Both the position numbers and the translations under genes were made by a program. This document shows, piece by piece, positions 60,638 to 63,470 of a stretch of 63,470 bases of DNA (position 1 is the first letter of the stretch; each line of letters opens with the position of its first letter). The notes beneath the pieces are model-generated. The model was not told the DNA's origin. It ran no database searches and worked only from the letters and a program-made list of their open reading frames with translations. Source of the stretch: an uncultured Eubacteriales bacterium (lineage in GTDB: Bacteria; Bacillota; Clostridia; Christensenellales; CAG-138); the NCBI GenBank assembly GCA_900542615.1, contig UQOG01000003.1:1-63470 (forward strand), given 5' to 3'.

Positions 60638-62734
60638 ATGATTACCAAAATTCGTAAGCGCAATGGCGCCGTAGTGGATTTTCAGCCCGACCGGATTACC
60701 CGGGCCATCTTCAAAGCAGCCAACGCCGTGGGCGGCAACGACTGGGCCAGGGCCGCCGGCCTGACGGACCAGGTGGTGGCCATCGCGGAGCGCCAATATG
60801 GGGACGACATCGCGGAGGTGGAGGGCATCCAGGATATCGTGGAAAAGGTGCTCATCGAAAACGGCCACGCAAAAACCGCTAAGGCCTATATTCTGTACCG
60901 GGAAAAGCGCCGGGGCGCCCGGGAAGCCAACGCCCTCATCGGCGCCACCATCGAGATGTTCGGCAACTACCTGGGGGAAAACGATTGGCGCATCAAGGAA
61001 AACGCCAACACCCAGAAGAGCATCAACGGCATGAACAACTACATCCGGGAGGCCTTTACCAAGCAGTATTGGCTCCATGAGATCTACCCGGAGGAGGTGC
61101 GCAGAGCCCACCAAAGCGGGGATCTGCACCTGCATGACCTGGGCTTCTTCGGCCCCTACTGCGCAGGCTGGGATCTAAGGCAGCTGCTCATGGTGGGCTT
61201 TGGCGGCGTGCCCGGCAAGGTGGAATCCTCCCCGGCCAAGCACCTGCGCAGCTTCCTGGGCCAGGTGGTCAACTCCACCTTCACCACCCAGGGGGAAACC
61301 GCGGGCGCCCAAGCCTGGAGCAGCTTCGATACCTATTGTGCGCCCTTTGTCCGCTATGACAACATGGACTATCACGCGGTAAAGCAGGCCCTGCAGGAGT
61401 TCATCTTCAACCTGAACGTGCCCACCCGGGTGGGCTTCCAGTGCCCCTTCTCCAACCTGACCTTCGACATCCATCCTCCCCGCACCCTCCGGGATCAGGC
61501 GGTGATCCTGGGCGGCCAGCTCCAGAAGGAAACCTATGGGGAATTCCAAAAGGAGATGGACATGATCAACATGGCCTTCTGCGAGGTGATGATGGAAGGG
61601 GATAAAAAGGGCCGGGTCTTTACCTTCCCCATCCCCACCATCAACGTGACCGCGGACTTTGAATGGGACAGCCCGGTGGTGAACAAATTCATGGAGATCA
61701 CCTGCCGCTACGGCATCCCCTATTTCTCCAACTACATCAACTCCGACCTTTCCCCGGAGGACGCCCTGTCCATGTGCTGCCGGCTGCGGCTGAATACCGG
61801 CGAATTGCGCAAGCGGGGCGGCGGCCTCTTCGGCTCCAACCCCATGACCGGCTCCATCGGCGTGGTCACCATCAACCTGCCCCGGATCGGCTACCTGGCC
61901 CGCACGGAAAAGGAATATTTCGACCGGCTGCTCTCCCAGATGGAGATCGCCAGAAAGAGCCTGGAGATCAAGCGCAAGACCATCGAGGAGCAGACCGAGC
62001 GGGGCATGTATCCCTATTCCGCCCATTACCTGGCGGACGTGAAGCAACGTACCGGGGATTATTGGTACAACCATTTCAACACCATCGGCCTGATCGGCAT
62101 GAACGAGGCCTGCCTCAACTTCCTGGGCAAGGACATTACCACCCCAGAGGGCCAGGACTTCGCCCTGCGCACCCTGGATTTTATGCGGGACGTGATCACC
62201 CGCTTCCAGGAGGAGACCGGCCACGTGTACAACCTGGAGGCCACCCCCGCCGAGGGCACCAGCTACAGCCTGGCCCGGCTGGACAAGAAGCGCTATCCGG
62301 ATATCATCACCGCCGGCAAGGAGGAGCCCTATTATACCAATTCCTCCCAGCTGCCCGTGGGCTTTACGGACGACATCTTCGAGACCCTGGACCTCCAGGA
62401 CGAGCTCCAGTGCAAGTACACCGGCGGCACCGTGCTGCATCTGTACCTGGGCGAGCAGATCCGGGATGTAGAAGTGGCCAAGTCCCTGATCCGCAAGGCC
62501 TTTACCCACTACAAGCTGCCCTATATCTCCCTGACCCCCACCTTCTCCATCTGTCCGGAGCACGGATACCTGAACGGAGAGGTGTATACCTGCCCCACCT
62601 GCGGCCAGGATACCGAGGTTTGGAGCCGGGTAGTAGGCTATCTGCGGCCCGTGCAAAACTACAACAAGGGCAAGCAGGAAGAATATAAGGAGCGGGTCAA
62701 GTATGTGATCAAGGAGGACGAATTGCAGGCATGA
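60638..62734 (+). CDS. nrdD: Anaerobic ribonucleoside-triphosphate reductase (class III)
   Basis: The start was moved to ATG 60638 (AGAAAGAGG SD; MITKIRKRNGAVVDFQPDRI is an ATP-cone). The track extension to 60326 is non-coding-like. The C-terminal Zn ribbon is CPEHG...CPTCG and the glycyl-radical motif is SRVVGYLRPV. Confidence 0.95.
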   Translation: MITKIRKRNGAVVDFQPDRITRAIFKAANAVGGNDWARAAGLTDQVVAIAERQYGDDIAEVEGIQDIVEKVLIENGHAKTAKAYILYREKRRGAREANALIGATIEMFGNYLGENDWRIKENANTQKSINGMNNYIREAFTKQYWLHEIYPEEVRRAHQSGDLHLHDLGFFGPYCAGWDLRQLLMVGFGGVPGKVESSPAKHLRSFLGQVVNSTFTTQGETAGAQAWSSFDTYCAPFVRYDNMDYHAVKQALQEFIFNLNVPTRVGFQCPFSNLTFDIHPPRTLRDQAVILGGQLQKETYGEFQKEMDMINMAFCEVMMEGDKKGRVFTFPIPTINVTADFEWDSPVVNKFMEITCRYGIPYFSNYINSDLSPEDALSMCCRLRLNTGELRKRGGGLFGSNPMTGSIGVVTINLPRIGYLARTEKEYFDRLLSQMEIARKSLEIKRKTIEEQTERGMYPYSAHYLADVKQRTGDYWYNHFNTIGLIGMNEACLNFLGKDITTPEGQDFALRTLDFMRDVITRFQEETGHVYNLEATPAEGTSYSLARLDKKRYPDIITAGKEEPYYTNSSQLPVGFTDDIFETLDLQDELQCKYTGGTVLHLYLGEQIRDVEVAKSLIRKAFTHYKLPYISLTPTFSICPEHGYLNGEVYTCPTCGQDTEVWSRVVGYLRPVQNYNKGKQEEYKERVKYVIKEDELQA

Positions 62735-63414
62735 TCTTCGGGGGCATCCAAAAGAGCAGTACCATCGATTTCCCCGGCATTCTTTGCTGCGTGCTCTTTA
62801 CCCGGGGCTGCGATCTGAACTGCTTTTACTGCCACAACCGGGATCTGATCCCCCGGGGCGGTTCCGCCTTGCCTGAAGCGGAGGTCTGGGCGTTCTTAGA
62901 AAAGCGCCGGGGCCTGCTGGATGGCGTAGTGGTCAGCGGCGGGGAGCCCACCCTCCAAGCCGACCTGCCGGAAGCCCTGCGCCGGCTCAAGGCCATGGGC
63001 TACCAAACCAAGCTGGATACCAACGGCCAGCGGCCCGGGGCTGTAGCCGCCCTGGTGGAGGAGGGCTTGGTGGACTATGTGGCCCTGGATATCAAGGCCA
63101 CCGCCGAGGACTATGCCCAGGTTTGCGGCATAAGCGGCTTCCAGCAGGCCGCCAAAACCGCCAAGGCCCTACAATGGGCCGGGATAGCCTATGAGCTGCG
63201 CACCACCCTATACCCTGGCATGACCCTGAAAACCCTCTGTGATCTGCTGGCCGCCTTCCCCCCTGCCCCCCGTTGGCGGGTCAACTATTTCCGCCCCCCC
63301 GCCCTCTTCCGGCCCCAGGACGCGCCTTTGCTCCGGCGCCCCGCCCTGTCCCAGCCGGAACTCATGGCAGACCGGGACGCTTTATTGGCCATCCAGCCCA
63401 ATCTGATCCTTTGA
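62731..63414 (+). CDS. nrdG: Anaerobic ribonucleotide reductase activating protein (radical SAM)
   Basis: ATGA overlap with nrdD. CDLNCFYCHN is the CxxxCxxC cluster motif, and GVVVSGGEPTL is the SAM-binding motif. Confidence 0.9.
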   Translation: MIFGGIQKSSTIDFPGILCCVLFTRGCDLNCFYCHNRDLIPRGGSALPEAEVWAFLEKRRGLLDGVVVSGGEPTLQADLPEALRRLKAMGYQTKLDTNGQRPGAVAALVEEGLVDYVALDIKATAEDYAQVCGISGFQQAAKTAKALQWAGIAYELRTTLYPGMTLKTLCDLLAAFPPAPRWRVNYFRPPALFRPQDAPLLRRPALSQPELMADRDALLAIQPNLIL

Positions 63415-63436
63415 AAAGCGGCCTTTGGCCGCTTTT
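63415..63436 (+). terminator. Rho-independent terminator after nrdG
   Basis: AAAAGCGGCC-TTT-GGCCGCTTTT starts immediately after the TGA stop at 63412-63414. Confidence 0.7.
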
Positions 63437-63470
63437 CAGGCTGTCGAAAAAGTGGCTTTCGCCACTTTTT
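63437..63470. repeat. Second (window-truncated) copy of the hairpin repeat seen at 56810
   Basis: CAGGCTGTCGAAAAAGTGGCTTTCGCCACTTTTT is 33/34 identical to 56810-56843. The single difference lies in the hairpin loop. Confidence 0.8.

Noticed and set aside
1-63470. Search for rRNA, tRNA, CRISPR arrays and large tandem repeats
   Set aside because: No cloverleaf-like tRNA sequence next to the integrase remnants, no rRNA-like stretch and no regularly spaced direct-repeat array was noticed by eye. A tRNAscan, Infernal or CRISPR finder run is needed to be definitive.

Overview
This is a 63.5-kb, visibly GC-rich segment (roughly 60-65% by eye). Its GGAGG-type ribosome-binding sites and gene content look like a high-GC Clostridia-type Firmicute: an SLH-domain remnant, a SpoIIE/PP2C phosphatase, LytTR regulators, NrdDG and an [FeFe]-hydrogenase-like protein. 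The window has four blocks. (i) 0-13 kb is a mosaic accessory region. Two paralogous XerC-like tyrosine recombinases, each followed by a degenerate recombinase-like partner, bracket an ECF-sigma/anti-sigma/ABC cassette and a frameshifted SLH surface-protein pseudogene, and an integrase pseudogene also lies here. (ii) 13-24 kb holds a TetR plus heterodimeric ABC exporter operon, a small AT-rich island, a membrane PP2C phosphatase, a GNAT, and an unusual sensor-MFS fusion. (iii) 24.3-57.8 kb is the main finding: about 30 co-directional minus-strand ORFs forming a complete contractile injection system (eCIS/Afp-PVC-like). It encodes a sheath, three tube paralogs, a tail-chaperone pair with a candidate -1 frameshift, a tape-measure-like protein, a LysM tube initiator, hub, spike, gp25, two baseplate-J proteins, a gpI-like protein, a fibre-like protein, a DUF4255 cap, a DUF4280 PAAR-like tip, an AAA+ ATPase and a DUF4157 effector. 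Four membrane/signalling genes are embedded in the operon (MORN-repeat protein, HAMP-cyclase-TPR protein, tail-anchored protein, kinase-like protein). Two LytTR response regulators and a pseudo-receiver sit at the operon head, with no histidine kinase nearby. (iv) 57.9-63.5 kb is housekeeping: sfsA, an [FeFe]-hydrogenase-like gene, and nrdD-nrdG with NrdR-box-like sites. No rRNA, tRNA or CRISPR array was seen. All domain calls are by-eye motif recognition on the supplied translations. No database search was run. Several track ORF starts were trimmed to better-supported ATG/GTG/TTG starts with Shine-Dalgarno sequences.
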